Positions 36,735 through 46,881 of a stretch of 64,000 nucleotides of DNA are shown piece after piece; the first letter of the stretch is position 1; each line of letters begins with the position of its first letter. The DNA is from an uncultured virus (IMG/VR IMGVR_UViG_3300025139_000008). Its lineage: Duplodnaviria > Heunggongvirae > Uroviricota > Caudoviricetes. The stretch lies in IMG/VR virus record IMGVR_UViG_3300025139_000008; one strand, written 5' to 3'. A program made the position numbers and the translations under genes. The notes under the pieces are model-generated. The model did not search any database, had not been told where the DNA came from, and saw only the letters and a program-made list of their open reading frames with translations.

Positions 36735-37171
36735 GTAAAGAAGCAGAGCGGGTCTATCTGACCAACAAGATGAAGGCTCGGGCCGACGAACTGGGATTCC
36801 CGATCTCTTATCCCAATCACCAGTTCAACATCCCAGTCAATGACATCTATGGTGAGTTTCACATCATGTCAGGGCCAAAGCCCATCATCGTCGGGGGTGA
36901 AGGTAAGGGACGTATCAGAGTCCGCTACGTCGGTATGGTGCAGCTTACGGTTTACATCCCCAAGGACAAGGGGACTAAGAAGGCCGCCCTTGCTCAGGAT
37001 GTGTTCAAGGAAATCTTCCAGTTCAAACTCGGGCGTGACGCTGAGCAATCCAGCTACAAGTTCGGTGTCCTCCAAGACTACAACCCGGAAACCAAAGTGG
37101 GTTGGGAATGCTATGTGGTTCGGGTGAGTTTCCAGCGGGATTCAATTGAGACTGTCCAGATCAGCGAATAA
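36731..37171 (+). CDS. tail terminator protein (putative)
   Basis: YPN..F..P and G.VQ..VY.PK..G pattern; precedes the tail tube. Confidence 0.7.
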   Translation: MSKEAERVYLTNKMKARADELGFPISYPNHQFNIPVNDIYGEFHIMSGPKPIIVGGEGKGRIRVRYVGMVQLTVYIPKDKGTKKAALAQDVFKEIFQFKLGRDAEQSSYKFGVLQDYNPETKVGWECYVVRVSFQRDSIETVQISE

Positions 37172-37203
37172 TTTTAGGCAACACCGACATTATGGCTGCG
37201 TGA

Positions 37204-37245
37204 ACGACATTCTCGCTTGACACGTTAACCATTTTCGTTTACCAT
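37204..37245 (+). promoter_or_regulatory. putative late-type promoter of the tail operon with GTTAACCAT in the spacer
   Basis: CGACATT-N5-TTGACA-cgttaaccattttcgtt-TACCAT. Confidence 0.7.
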
Positions 37246-37325
37246 TGGCGTCTTAATTCCGCCCCTTTGGATGGGGCTGCGTTTAGACGCATCACTCCAC
37301 CATAACTGAGAAGGGCAATTCCAAA

Positions 37326-39119
37326 ATGGCAAACAAGCTGCTCGCCGATAGCAACCGCGCTTCGCTCCGCGAGATCATCGAATCCAACAACGCGTGGGGC
37401 GAGACCCCGGCAGCAGGTGTTACCCGCGCCCGTCGTTTCCGCACGTCCTCGATCACGGCCTCGAAGGAGACCGTTGAGTCGGAGGAAATCCGGGACGACC
37501 GCATGATCTCCTCGGTCATCGAAACCGCTGCAATGTCGGGCGGCGAGATCGCTTGGGAATTTGCAGCCGGCACGACCGACCTCGACTTCCAACGCACCCT
37601 CATGGGTGCGTGGTCGCGTCCGATGGACTGGGACGTGTTCCGTGGTAAGACTGTCTCGATCACAGCCAACAACACCGTCCGCATCAGCGGCGCTGATGTG
37701 GCAGCCTACTTCACTGTCGGCCGTCGTATCAAGACCAGCGGTTTCGTGAACCCGTCGAACAACGACTATCTCCAGATCAGCAGCGTCGCGTTCGCGGGTG
37801 GAAACACCGACATCGTGGTCACTGGCACTTCGCTGGTGGTTGAAGCCGGTTCTCCGAACACAACTGTCGCCGACGCAAACGATGTCATCATCCTGCGTGC
37901 GACCACCCTTCGTTTCGGTAACTCGCCGAACACCATCGACGGTGAAGGCGCTAACCCGTTTGCTGCTGCGATCGCTGCTGGTCAGTTGAAGACCGGTCAG
38001 CGCATCTTCGTCGAAGGCATCGGCTACGAGACCGGAACCATCACGGCCAACACTGTTGTCGCCGGTGATACTGTCACGCTGTCTGACGGCGTTGATACCG
38101 TTACTCTGGAAGCCGACCTCGATTTCGACATCGGCGCGGACGACACCGAAACCGCAACCAATCTGGCGGCTGCAATCAACGCGCTGCGCCCGACCGGAAC
38201 CGTTGCTCTCTCGGCCACTTCGGCACTGGGCGTCGTTACGGTTCGCAACCTCCTCAAGGTCGGCGGCGTCCTGACCGAAGACGCGGCAACCCTCGCGGTT
38301 GTTGACTTCACTGGTGGCTCGGCAACGGACGGCGGCTTCTACACCATCGTTTCGCTGACCGATGACACCCTCGTTCTGGATCGCGCTGTCCCGGCAATCG
38401 CTGCTGGTGGCCCGATCACGATCAAGGGCTCGATGCTCCGCAATCCGGGCAACAGCGCCGACATTACGCCGCAATCGGCATCGATCGAAACCGGCTTCCA
38501 AGACGTGAGCCAGTTCTTCACCGTGGACGGCCTGCGTTGCGGTGGTATCGAAATGGAAGTCGCTGCCGGCTCGATCGTCACCGGTCAGTCCACTCTCATG
38601 GGCCGCGCTACCAAGCGCGCCTCGACCGAGAAGCTGACTGGCGCTGCTTATACCGCGCTCGAAGCCCCGGCAACCGAAGTCGTTTCGGCGACTGCGAACG
38701 TCGGCGCTCTGACCGTGAACGGTGTCGAACAGGCAACCGCGATCAACTCGATCCAGTTCTCGATCGAAGGCAACCTGCGCAACCAGCAGGCCATCGGCTC
38801 GAAGTTCCCGGTCGGCATCGCTGCTGGCCGTCTGAACCTCACTGGCACGATCGAAGCCTACTTCGCCGACGGTGAAATGTATGATCGCTTCATCAACCAC
38901 GAGACGGTCAGCCTCACCTTCCCGATCATCGATCAGGACAAGAACACCTACTACTTCACCATCCCAGCATTCAAGGTCACCAGCGATCCGATCGCACCGG
39001 GCGGCCTCGATCAGGATGTCATGGAGTCGCTGGAGTTCAGCGCCTTCCGCGACGCGACCACGGCCTGCATGGTGCAGATCGATCGCTTCTCGTCCACCGC
39101 TCCGATTACTGCACTGTAA
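37326..39119 (+). CDS. major tail tube protein
   Basis: E...WGETP...R..SSI...S.EIR.DR N-terminus and GTIEAYF C-terminal region; synteny. Confidence 0.88.
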   Translation: MANKLLADSNRASLREIIESNNAWGETPAAGVTRARRFRTSSITASKETVESEEIRDDRMISSVIETAAMSGGEIAWEFAAGTTDLDFQRTLMGAWSRPMDWDVFRGKTVSITANNTVRISGADVAAYFTVGRRIKTSGFVNPSNNDYLQISSVAFAGGNTDIVVTGTSLVVEAGSPNTTVADANDVIILRATTLRFGNSPNTIDGEGANPFAAAIAAGQLKTGQRIFVEGIGYETGTITANTVVAGDTVTLSDGVDTVTLEADLDFDIGADDTETATNLAAAINALRPTGTVALSATSALGVVTVRNLLKVGGVLTEDAATLAVVDFTGGSATDGGFYTIVSLTDDTLVLDRAVPAIAAGGPITIKGSMLRNPGNSADITPQSASIETGFQDVSQFFTVDGLRCGGIEMEVAAGSIVTGQSTLMGRATKRASTEKLTGAAYTALEAPATEVVSATANVGALTVNGVEQATAINSIQFSIEGNLRNQQAIGSKFPVGIAAGRLNLTGTIEAYFADGEMYDRFINHETVSLTFPIIDQDKNTYYFTIPAFKVTSDPIAPGGLDQDVMESLEFSAFRDATTACMVQIDRFSSTAPITAL

Positions 39120-39353
39120 TCGTGAGCCCCGGTGGGTTCCCCCGACCCACCGGCGCGATTTGAGGTAAGGACTTCGGTCCTTGTCCTCCGCCACCCCGGT
39201 TAGCCGGTAATAGTCCCCGCATACAGTCTAGGCTCTGTGCGGACGACGGGTGGAGTATCCAGTTCCCCGACACCGATTTCGCTGGCGAAACGGGGTGCAG
39301 CCTTGTCGGGAGGCTGCATCCCACCCTCCCGACAACCGACAAGGATTACCCCG

Positions 39354-39755
39354 ATGAACCTCTACGAAGCATTTGAAAGCAACCTCGACGACACCGCCAA
39401 GGAGTTCCCGCTCTCGGACACGGCGTCGATCACACTGATGCCGATCGCTGGCGACAAATCGCGCCGGGCCTTCGAGCGCATGATGGAACCCTACAGTGTC
39501 CGCCTGAACGCCGGCGGCAAGCTCACCGACGAAGAGAACAAGGCGCTGAACGTTCGGTTCTACGCTGAGAACATCGTCAAGGGCTGGAAGGGCATCAAGG
39601 ATCGCGAAGGCAAGGAAATCAAGTTCAGCCCGGAAGCTGCTACGGCTCTCTTCTCCGATGAGAAGCTGGCGGGCTTCTTCGCTCTGATCATCCGTATGGC
39701 ATCGAACGACGCCTCGTTCGAAGCCAAGAAGGCCGAAGCAGACGAGGGAAACTGA
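39354..39755 (+). CDS. tail assembly chaperone (gpG analogue)
   Basis: Between tube and TMP; ends in the slippery heptamer G GGA AAC TGA. Confidence 0.85.
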   Translation: MNLYEAFESNLDDTAKEFPLSDTASITLMPIAGDKSRRAFERMMEPYSVRLNAGGKLTDEENKALNVRFYAENIVKGWKGIKDREGKEIKFSPEAATALFSDEKLAGFFALIIRMASNDASFEAKKAEADEGN

Positions 39756-40183
39756 TAGCCTACCTCAACTGGACGCAGCGTCCGACTGCTAAAAAGTCGG
39801 ACTGGCTGCGCCAGATTGAGGCTGAGAAAGGCATCAAGATCAAAACCCTTGAGGACGAACCCGTTCTCTCTCCACATCTCTATTGGATTTGGAAAGCCTT
39901 CACCGATCTCAACAGCCGGCGACCGGTTGCAGGGATGGGAGGTTTTCTACCATTCTCCTACACCGAGATCGAAGCCTACTGCCGGCTCAAAGGCATTTAC
40001 TCCCTCGGTGAACGTGAGCGCTTGCTGCGTCTCCTCGAAATCCTCGATCATGAATGGATCAAGGCTTACGTCGAGCGTGAAGAAAAGAAGAACAATTCTT
40101 CGAAAGGCACACCCCCACCACCATCCCACTCGCCCCCTCGCGGCGGTGGACGAAAAGCACCCCCTCGAAAACAGGTAGCGTAG
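39752..40183 (+). CDS. -1 frameshift extension of the tail chaperone (gpGT analogue)
   Basis: Open -1 frame LIAYLNW...W.AF.DL..RR...MGG..P...TEIEAY to 40183. Confidence 0.8.
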   Translation: MIAYLNWTQRPTAKKSDWLRQIEAEKGIKIKTLEDEPVLSPHLYWIWKAFTDLNSRRPVAGMGGFLPFSYTEIEAYCRLKGIYSLGERERLLRLLEILDHEWIKAYVEREEKKNNSSKGTPPPPSHSPPRGGGRKAPPRKQVA

Positions 40184-40186
40184 CCA

Positions 40187-43100
40187 ATGGATACCCATGG
40201 CATGAAGTTTGTCGTTGACACGACTGGAGTCGCGAAGGGTTTTCGCGACTACAAGTCGGCTGTCGATGGCATCTTCGCTTCCCTGACCAAGTTCGAAGCC
40301 CACGTCGATAAGACGATGAAGGGGGTTGCTAAGGCTTCGGCTAACCCACAAGCACTCAACGCATTCAAGAAGGCCGTCAGCGCCTTTGCGAAGGTAGACA
40401 TCGACACGTCGGCAGCCCGCAAGCTGTCGGCGCTGTCGGCTGCCATGCAGGGCTTTAAGGCCCCCTCCAGCGCCCAGACAGCAAACACCAAGCGCTTCTT
40501 CAATGTTCTGGGTAACTCGCTCCCAGACCTGACTAACGCATACCGTTCGATCAAGATGCTGAACGACTTGAAGACCGCGCTGGCGGGCTTCAAGGCACCA
40601 CCGGCTGGGGCTTCCAAAAATCTCACGGCGTTCGCCAATGCAATGCGGACCGCCGCGCCGGCTTTCAATAGCCTCAAGAGCGTGTCTGGCACAGCGCGGG
40701 TCGCTAATGAACTGGCGCTGCTCGGCGCTGCATTCCAAAATCTCCGAGTCCCTACCGCTGGTCAGGTTACCAACCTTGGTAATTTTGCCCTTGCAATGCG
40801 CTCCTTAAACTTCTCCAACCTTCAAGGTTCGGGGAACTTTTATGCTGCGCTGGCCGCGATCGGAAACTTCCGGGCCCCAACAGCAGCACAGATTCGTAAC
40901 CTCCAGTCGTTCGTAACGGCTGTTGCCAACATGCGTGTTCCCCAGAACGCGGATGCGGTCGCAGCCGCACTGGCTCGGATCGCAGGGGCGGTCGGTCGGG
41001 CAAGTGACGCGATGCGAGGTCTTCGCGGCAATGTAGGCAGCCTCGGTAACAGCCTCGGTAACTTGGGAGGACAGGCACGCGGCGCTTCGATCCAGATGAT
41101 GGGTCTCCAGAACGCTTTCTCTGGCACGTTCCAAGTGGGCTCTGTTTTGCGTTCGCTTCTGGGATCGCTGACCATTGCTGAGCTTGGTCGCAACTTCTTT
41201 GAAGCGACCAACGCAGCTATCCAATTCAAGGCACAGATGGGCGTCCTGAACAAGGACCTTCAATTCGCCGACGCTCAGATGACCTATGTCCGAAACACAG
41301 CCAATGCTTTCGGAACGGACATGCTTGCGGCGGCCACCGGCTTCGCCAAGGTCAGCATCGCGGCTGATAAATCCAACATGACCGTCATGCAGACGCGTCA
41401 CATCTTCGAAGGTCTGTCCACCGCCATGACGGTTCTGGGCACGACCACTGCTGGGCAGGGCGATGTGTGGTTGGCTCTGCAACAGGTCATGAACAAGGGC
41501 TATCTGTCGGCCGAAGAACTCAACCAGCAGCTTAACGAAAAGCTGCCGGGTGCGATGGCTTATGCTACCGAGTATGCCAACAGCCTCGGACTGTCTCTGG
41601 AAAAGGGTTTGAAGACCAAGGCGCTGGATGCCGCTGGTGTGCTTGCCCATATTGCACAGCGGATGAAGGAAGACTTCGGTCCTTCTGTGGCTGCTGCTTT
41701 GATGCGCCCGGCCGCACAGATGAATATCCTGCGTAACAACATCGATCAGTTGTTCATCGCCATCGGCGAGAACGGCGGTAACGACGCGTTCGCAAACCTG
41801 CTCGCGAAGATCAACGAGCGGATGAAGCCCGAAGACATCGAACGCTATGCAGTAGCGATCGGTGAGGGCCTGAAAAACGCGGTCGATAGTCTGTCGGCGG
41901 CCTTCGATTGGTTGTATCAGAACTGGGATTCGATCAAGGGCCCGCTTTCGGCAACCCTGGAACTCCTCGGTAAGTGGATGATTGTATCCAGCGCCCTCCA
42001 GATTGGCCGCTTTATCGTTCAGCCGCTGATGGCTATCGGACCGGCATTAGGTGGTTTACGGACCGCTGGGGCCCTTCTGGGTGTGACCTTCGCAACAAGC
42101 GCCCGTGCTGCTGTCGGTGCCATGGCGGGCCTGACAGGCAGCGCTAGAGCCGCTGCTGTGTCGATGCTCCAGTTCCGTGCATCTCTGGCTGCTACGATCG
42201 TAGCTATGCGCGGTGCTACTGTGAGCGTCGCCGGTCTGCGTGCGGCTATGCTGGCATTGGCGACCACCGGTATCGCCGGGGCTGTCGCCGGCCTGCGTGG
42301 GCTGGTTGCCTTGCTTGGTGGTCCGCTCCTGCTTACACTGGCGGCTGTTGGTTACAGCATCTACCGGGTGGTGGATGCTTGGGACTCGCACAAAAGAACG
42401 CTCGAAGAGGCGAACGTCACGATCGACAAGAACAGAAAGTTGATCGATGAAACACGCACTTCTTTAGCATTCGGCAGCACGGCAACCGACACCGCGACGG
42501 GTGCGACCAACCTCTATGGTATCTCGATGGACACTGCACGCGGGTTCATGGAGCGATTCCGCCAGAAGGCCGATGAAGCAACCAACGGGTTGTTCTCGAT
42601 GGCATTACAGGCGCGTCAAACCCGCGTCGAGATGTTGAAGTTGGCGCAAGCCGACATCACCAAGAAGCTGTCCAGCCTGCAAACCAACTCCGTCCGGGAG
42701 CTTGGTCAGTTGGCTGATCAACAGTTCGCGAAGGGTAACTATTTCACCGGTGCTGGAGCCAAGCTTTACCAAGGTATGCAGGGTCTCCGCAACATCGGTG
42801 ACCGTGCGCGTGAAAAGGATGTCAACGAAGGGATTGACCGACTCAAAGCACAGCGGGACGAACTGGCTGCGCTGCAAAAAGAGGTAGAATCGGAATCTCT
42901 CGACACCGGTATGGACAGACTCCGAGCCCAAGGGTTCGGTGGTAAGCCGCCGCGTGCGTCCACGCCGACCGAAGCTGGTAGCGGTGGTGGTTCTTCGGGC
43001 GTCAACAAGGCAGCCCGCGAAGCTGAGCGTCTGGCTAACTCGGTAGACCAGATCATGGGAACCTTGATGGAGAACGACCCGATCGGGAAGCTCTATCAGG

Positions 43101-44959
43101 ACTTTGTTGAAACTCTCGGTGATCAGGCTAGAGTCCTGCTCAACGATAAGGGTTACGAACAGTTCGTTGCCAACGTCAAGGCGCAGAACAAGGACGGTGT
43201 GGTTTCGGTCGAGTCACTGATTTCGGTGATGAAGGCCAGTGGAACCACCTCGGCCGGTGCTTTGAAGCTGATCGAAGACAAGTATGGTAAGACCAGCGAC
43301 CAAATCGTAAACCTGCTCAAAGAACAGCAGGCGGCGTTGGAAGAAGCTTACACCGACGCGGCTATCAAGGAATTGGATAAGTCCTTCCGTTCGCTGTCGC
43401 GTGGTATTTCCATGGTTGGGGATAGCATCCCCGCTGTGGCTGAATTGGGTGCTAACCTTCAAACTATTGAAGGTCTGGCTCGCTTTGTCATGCCTGCCAA
43501 TGAGGGCTTTGTTAAGTTCCTCAGCGACGTTCGTTCAGGTGCGCTTTCAGCAGCGGAAGCGATGGATAAGCTGGAAGCCATCATGGCTGATCCAAACCAG
43601 CGTTCGGCAACCGCAAGCCAGTTTTTCGCTACTTCCAACACCAACCCGGCCGAAGTTGCGAAAGCAAATCGTGATCGCGTCGCGGCGAATGCAAACGCAC
43701 GCGCCGAAGCTGAGTTGGATATGCAGTTCGGTGAACGACTGCTCCAGCAGCGCAACAACGAAATCAAGCTCCTCCAGATGTCTTCGCAGGAGGCGGAAGC
43801 CTACACGACGGTAATGGAAGAAGTTAACCGGATGCGCGCTAAGAGCGGCCCGGTTTCTCAGGAGGTTATCAACAACCTCCTTGAGGAAGTTCGTGCGCAG
43901 CAGGCACTCGCTAACCAGATGCAGCGGAACAAGGAGTTCTTCGAGAACAACGGGGTTCGCAGCTACATCAACGACATCAAGAGCGTTGGTGAGTCGATCA
44001 ACGAGTTGGACAAGAACGTCCTCCAGTCGTTGGAAGATCAGTTGTTCAGCCTCGGCACGACTGGGAAGTTCAGCTTCCAAGCTATCTTTGACACGCTCCA
44101 ACAGGGCCTGATTCGTTTCGCTTCCCAGAACATCCTCAAGGAAGGGCTGGGCAAGCTGTTCGGCGGGGATCAATTGGAGGGCGGAACCCCGAGCCTTCTG
44201 GGCGGCCTCTTCAAGGCGATGGGCTTTGAACACGAAGCTGGCACTACCGACCCACTCGGAACTGCAAGACGCCCGATGCACGTCATCATCGATGGTGGCA
44301 CCGGTAACTTGATCAGAAAAACCGGTGAAGTCATCATGGAAACTGGTGGCACCCCTGAGGAAGCTGTTGGCAACGCTGTGAACAGCTTGATCAGCGGAAC
44401 CAATCAGGTCGGACAGATCATCCGTGACCAGTGGGGTAACGAAGTCAAGGGCATTGGTGGTATCCTCGGCCAGATCGCCGGGAGCTTGATGGGCGGAGGT
44501 GCTGGTGGTGGCGCTGGTGGCATCCTTGGAAGTCTGCTCAACATCGGCATGTCGGCACTTGGCGGCGGCGCGGGTCCTCTTGCTTCTCTGGCAGGTAGCG
44601 CGGCTCAGACGATCGCAGCAAATCCGGGCATCTTCAAGGAAGGTGGTTTTCCGGGATCGCCGGTGGCGCGGGCTTCGGTCCACCCGTCGGCATTCACCAA
44701 CGCCCCGCATTATGCGGAAGGCACGCCGAACACCAGCGGCGGTCACCCGGCTATTCTGCACGACAATGAAGCGGTGATCCCTCTCAGCCGTGGCCGCAAG
44801 GTTGCTGTTGAGATGAACGGGGGAAGCCGTGGGCAGACGATCAACAACAACTTCATGATCAACAGCCCAGATGCGAACTCGTTCCGTAAGAGCGAAACTC
44901 AGATCGCGACCAAGATGCACATGCAAGCCGGCCGCGCCTACCGCCGCAACCACGGCTAA
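40187..44959 (+). CDS. tape measure protein
   Basis: 1590 aa, Ala/Gly-rich; LQQVMNKG.LSAEEL.QQL.E tape-measure motif. Confidence 0.95.
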   Translation: MDTHGMKFVVDTTGVAKGFRDYKSAVDGIFASLTKFEAHVDKTMKGVAKASANPQALNAFKKAVSAFAKVDIDTSAARKLSALSAAMQGFKAPSSAQTANTKRFFNVLGNSLPDLTNAYRSIKMLNDLKTALAGFKAPPAGASKNLTAFANAMRTAAPAFNSLKSVSGTARVANELALLGAAFQNLRVPTAGQVTNLGNFALAMRSLNFSNLQGSGNFYAALAAIGNFRAPTAAQIRNLQSFVTAVANMRVPQNADAVAAALARIAGAVGRASDAMRGLRGNVGSLGNSLGNLGGQARGASIQMMGLQNAFSGTFQVGSVLRSLLGSLTIAELGRNFFEATNAAIQFKAQMGVLNKDLQFADAQMTYVRNTANAFGTDMLAAATGFAKVSIAADKSNMTVMQTRHIFEGLSTAMTVLGTTTAGQGDVWLALQQVMNKGYLSAEELNQQLNEKLPGAMAYATEYANSLGLSLEKGLKTKALDAAGVLAHIAQRMKEDFGPSVAAALMRPAAQMNILRNNIDQLFIAIGENGGNDAFANLLAKINERMKPEDIERYAVAIGEGLKNAVDSLSAAFDWLYQNWDSIKGPLSATLELLGKWMIVSSALQIGRFIVQPLMAIGPALGGLRTAGALLGVTFATSARAAVGAMAGLTGSARAAAVSMLQFRASLAATIVAMRGATVSVAGLRAAMLALATTGIAGAVAGLRGLVALLGGPLLLTLAAVGYSIYRVVDAWDSHKRTLEEANVTIDKNRKLIDETRTSLAFGSTATDTATGATNLYGISMDTARGFMERFRQKADEATNGLFSMALQARQTRVEMLKLAQADITKKLSSLQTNSVRELGQLADQQFAKGNYFTGAGAKLYQGMQGLRNIGDRAREKDVNEGIDRLKAQRDELAALQKEVESESLDTGMDRLRAQGFGGKPPRASTPTEAGSGGGSSGVNKAAREAERLANSVDQIMGTLMENDPIGKLYQDFVETLGDQARVLLNDKGYEQFVANVKAQNKDGVVSVESLISVMKASGTTSAGALKLIEDKYGKTSDQIVNLLKEQQAALEEAYTDAAIKELDKSFRSLSRGISMVGDSIPAVAELGANLQTIEGLARFVMPANEGFVKFLSDVRSGALSAAEAMDKLEAIMADPNQRSATASQFFATSNTNPAEVAKANRDRVAANANARAEAELDMQFGERLLQQRNNEIKLLQMSSQEAEAYTTVMEEVNRMRAKSGPVSQEVINNLLEEVRAQQALANQMQRNKEFFENNGVRSYINDIKSVGESINELDKNVLQSLEDQLFSLGTTGKFSFQAIFDTLQQGLIRFASQNILKEGLGKLFGGDQLEGGTPSLLGGLFKAMGFEHEAGTTDPLGTARRPMHVIIDGGTGNLIRKTGEVIMETGGTPEEAVGNAVNSLISGTNQVGQIIRDQWGNEVKGIGGILGQIAGSLMGGGAGGGAGGILGSLLNIGMSALGGGAGPLASLAGSAAQTIAANPGIFKEGGFPGSPVARASVHPSAFTNAPHYAEGTPNTSGGHPAILHDNEAVIPLSRGRKVAVEMNGGSRGQTINNNFMINSPDANSFRKSETQIATKMHMQAGRAYRRNHG

Positions 44960-44967
44960 TTTTCCCT

Positions 44968-45005
44968 TGACAGTCACCGCTATTTTGAATAGACGGTGAC
45001 TGTCA
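44968..45005. promoter_or_regulatory. long inverted repeat overlapping a TTGACA promoter
   Basis: TGACAGTCACCG-CTATT-TTG-AATAG-A-CGGTGACTGTCA. Confidence 0.6.
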
Positions 45006-45017
45006 GAAGGACCCTCT

Positions 45018-45620
45018 ATGGAAATTGCAAACTTTCACGATGTCCGATTCCCGGAGGACATCAGCTACGGCTCGTCCGGCGGACCGGGATTCAATACCAG
45101 CGTCATCGATCTGGCATCCGGACACGAACAACGGAACATCAACTGGTCCTTGGCCCGCGCCAAGTATGACGCCTCTTACGGCGTCAAGACCCGCGAGCAG
45201 ATGGAGGAAGTGCTTGACTTCTTCTATGCGCGCCGGGGTAAGGCTTATGGCTTCCGGTTCAAAGACTGGATGGATTTCGTTCTTGATCGTCAGGCGATCG
45301 GGGTAGCCGGCGGCACAAACACGCTCCAAGTTTTCAAGCGTTACGAGCCACTAACCAGTTATTTTTACGATCGCCCGATCATGAAGATCGTTCCGGGGAC
45401 GGTGCAGGTGTGGGCAAATGGCGTCGAACTCTCACCGCTGCTGGTTAACACTGGAACCGGTCTCGTCAACACGACCACTTACGCTGGTCAGACATTCGAA
45501 GTTGCCTGTGAGTTCGATGTCCCGGTTCGTTTCGACACCGACGAAATCAACATCACCCACGACGACTGGGAATTGATGTCGTGGCCTTCCATCCCCCTCA
45601 TCGAACTGCGTCCGCGATAA
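45018..45620 (+). CDS. distal tail protein (DUF2460 / GTA-like)
   Basis: FHDVRFP..ISYGS.GGP, SG.EQRN..W, FF.AR.G...GFRFKD and FDVPVRFD. Confidence 0.92.
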   Translation: MEIANFHDVRFPEDISYGSSGGPGFNTSVIDLASGHEQRNINWSLARAKYDASYGVKTREQMEEVLDFFYARRGKAYGFRFKDWMDFVLDRQAIGVAGGTNTLQVFKRYEPLTSYFYDRPIMKIVPGTVQVWANGVELSPLLVNTGTGLVNTTTYAGQTFEVACEFDVPVRFDTDEINITHDDWELMSWPSIPLIELRPR

Positions 45621-45623
45621 GCC

Positions 45624-46478
45624 ATGAAATCCATCAGCATTGAACTTTCAAACCATCTGGATGGCGAGGTCACCACCTTGGCATCATGCTGGCGCGTGGT
45701 TCGACGCGACGGCCGTGAGTTCTACTTCACTGACCATGACCAAGACATCGTGTTCGAGGGTAACACCTACGAAGCGGAATCGAGCTACGACCGAACGGCG
45801 GTAGCAAACGGTTCGGACATGAGCGTCGATAACATGGACGTTGCCGGTATTCTCGATTCCGAGAAGATTAGCGAAGAGGACATGCGCAACGGTCTCTTCA
45901 ACCGGGCTGATGTCTACGTCTTCATCGTCAACTGGCAACACCCGGAATATGGCCCACTCAAGGTCCGTCGGGGATGGTTTGGCGAAGTGACGATCACCGA
46001 TACCGGGATGTTCACTACCGAAATTCGTGGTCTGGCACAGGCTCTGTCGCACAACTTCATCGAAGTCTATGCGGCCGAATGCCGGGCCGACTTCTGCGAT
46101 TTCAGATGCAAGCTCAACATCGAAGATTACGAAATCCCGACGACCGTCTTGGTTGCCTTTCAGCGGGACTCCTTCGTTCTCCCGGTCAATTTTGTGCCGC
46201 CTTCGCAAGGACTAGCGCCGGGCACTGTTCGTTTCGTCGATGGACCGAATGCCGGACGAACAGTTGAGATCACAGGATACAACACTGACACCCGCACCGT
46301 CGAACTGTTCGAAAGCGTGGCTTACGAAATCACGACCGGGACAGCGATCGTGGTTGCTCCCGGTTGCGACGGATCGCTTGAGCGGTGCAAGCTCTACAAC
46401 AATGTCATCAACCGCCGCGCCGAGGATTACGTCCCCGGCAACGACGAACTCATGAAGTATCCCGATGCCAAACAGTGA
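45624..46478 (+). CDS. baseplate hub protein (DUF2163 / GTA-like)
   Basis: TTLA.CW...RRDG....TDHD, CRA...D.RC and GCD.....C...NN..N. Confidence 0.92.
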   Translation: MKSISIELSNHLDGEVTTLASCWRVVRRDGREFYFTDHDQDIVFEGNTYEAESSYDRTAVANGSDMSVDNMDVAGILDSEKISEEDMRNGLFNRADVYVFIVNWQHPEYGPLKVRRGWFGEVTITDTGMFTTEIRGLAQALSHNFIEVYAAECRADFCDFRCKLNIEDYEIPTTVLVAFQRDSFVLPVNFVPPSQGLAPGTVRFVDGPNAGRTVEITGYNTDTRTVELFESVAYEITTGTAIVVAPGCDGSLERCKLYNNVINRRAEDYVPGNDELMKYPDAKQ

Positions 46479-46881
46479 CGATTTTATCGCAGCAGCCCGT
46501 TCCTACATGGGGGTAAAATGGCGACATCAGGGACGAAATCGATTGGGAGTAGATTGTGTCGGTCTGGTCCTTTGCAGTCTGGCTGATCTGGGAATCCCAG
46601 CACCGGACATGCAGGGATACCGGAGAACACCTGATCCGATCTTCGTCGAGCATATCCGAAACAATTCATTACCAGCCGAAAGCACAGCGCCCGGAACTCT
46701 CGGTATCTTCCGAGATGGAACCCAGCCGTGTCACGTTGGTATCTTCGCAACCATGCACGGTCAAACTTCGCTGATCCACGCTTATGCTGGAACCGGGATC
46801 GTCATGGAAGAAGTCTTCATCCACGACTGGCCGAACAAGCTGGTTGAGGTCCGTGCATTCAAAGGACTTGAATACATCTAA
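46465..46881 (+). CDS. NlpC/P60 tail-associated peptidase
   Basis: WRHQGR...GVDCVGL, HVGI and IHAY. Confidence 0.92.
   Translation: MPNSDDFIAAARSYMGVKWRHQGRNRLGVDCVGLVLCSLADLGIPAPDMQGYRRTPDPIFVEHIRNNSLPAESTAPGTLGIFRDGTQPCHVGIFATMHGQTSLIHAYAGTGIVMEEVFIHDWPNKLVEVRAFKGLEYI

Noticed and set aside
37239..39194. 651 aa minus-strand ORF and similar long antisense ORFs (43547..44977, 48723..49910, 29917..30828, 32818..33735, 27059..27940)
   Set aside because: Shadows of well-supported + strand genes in GC-rich, codon-biased DNA; no recognisable motifs.
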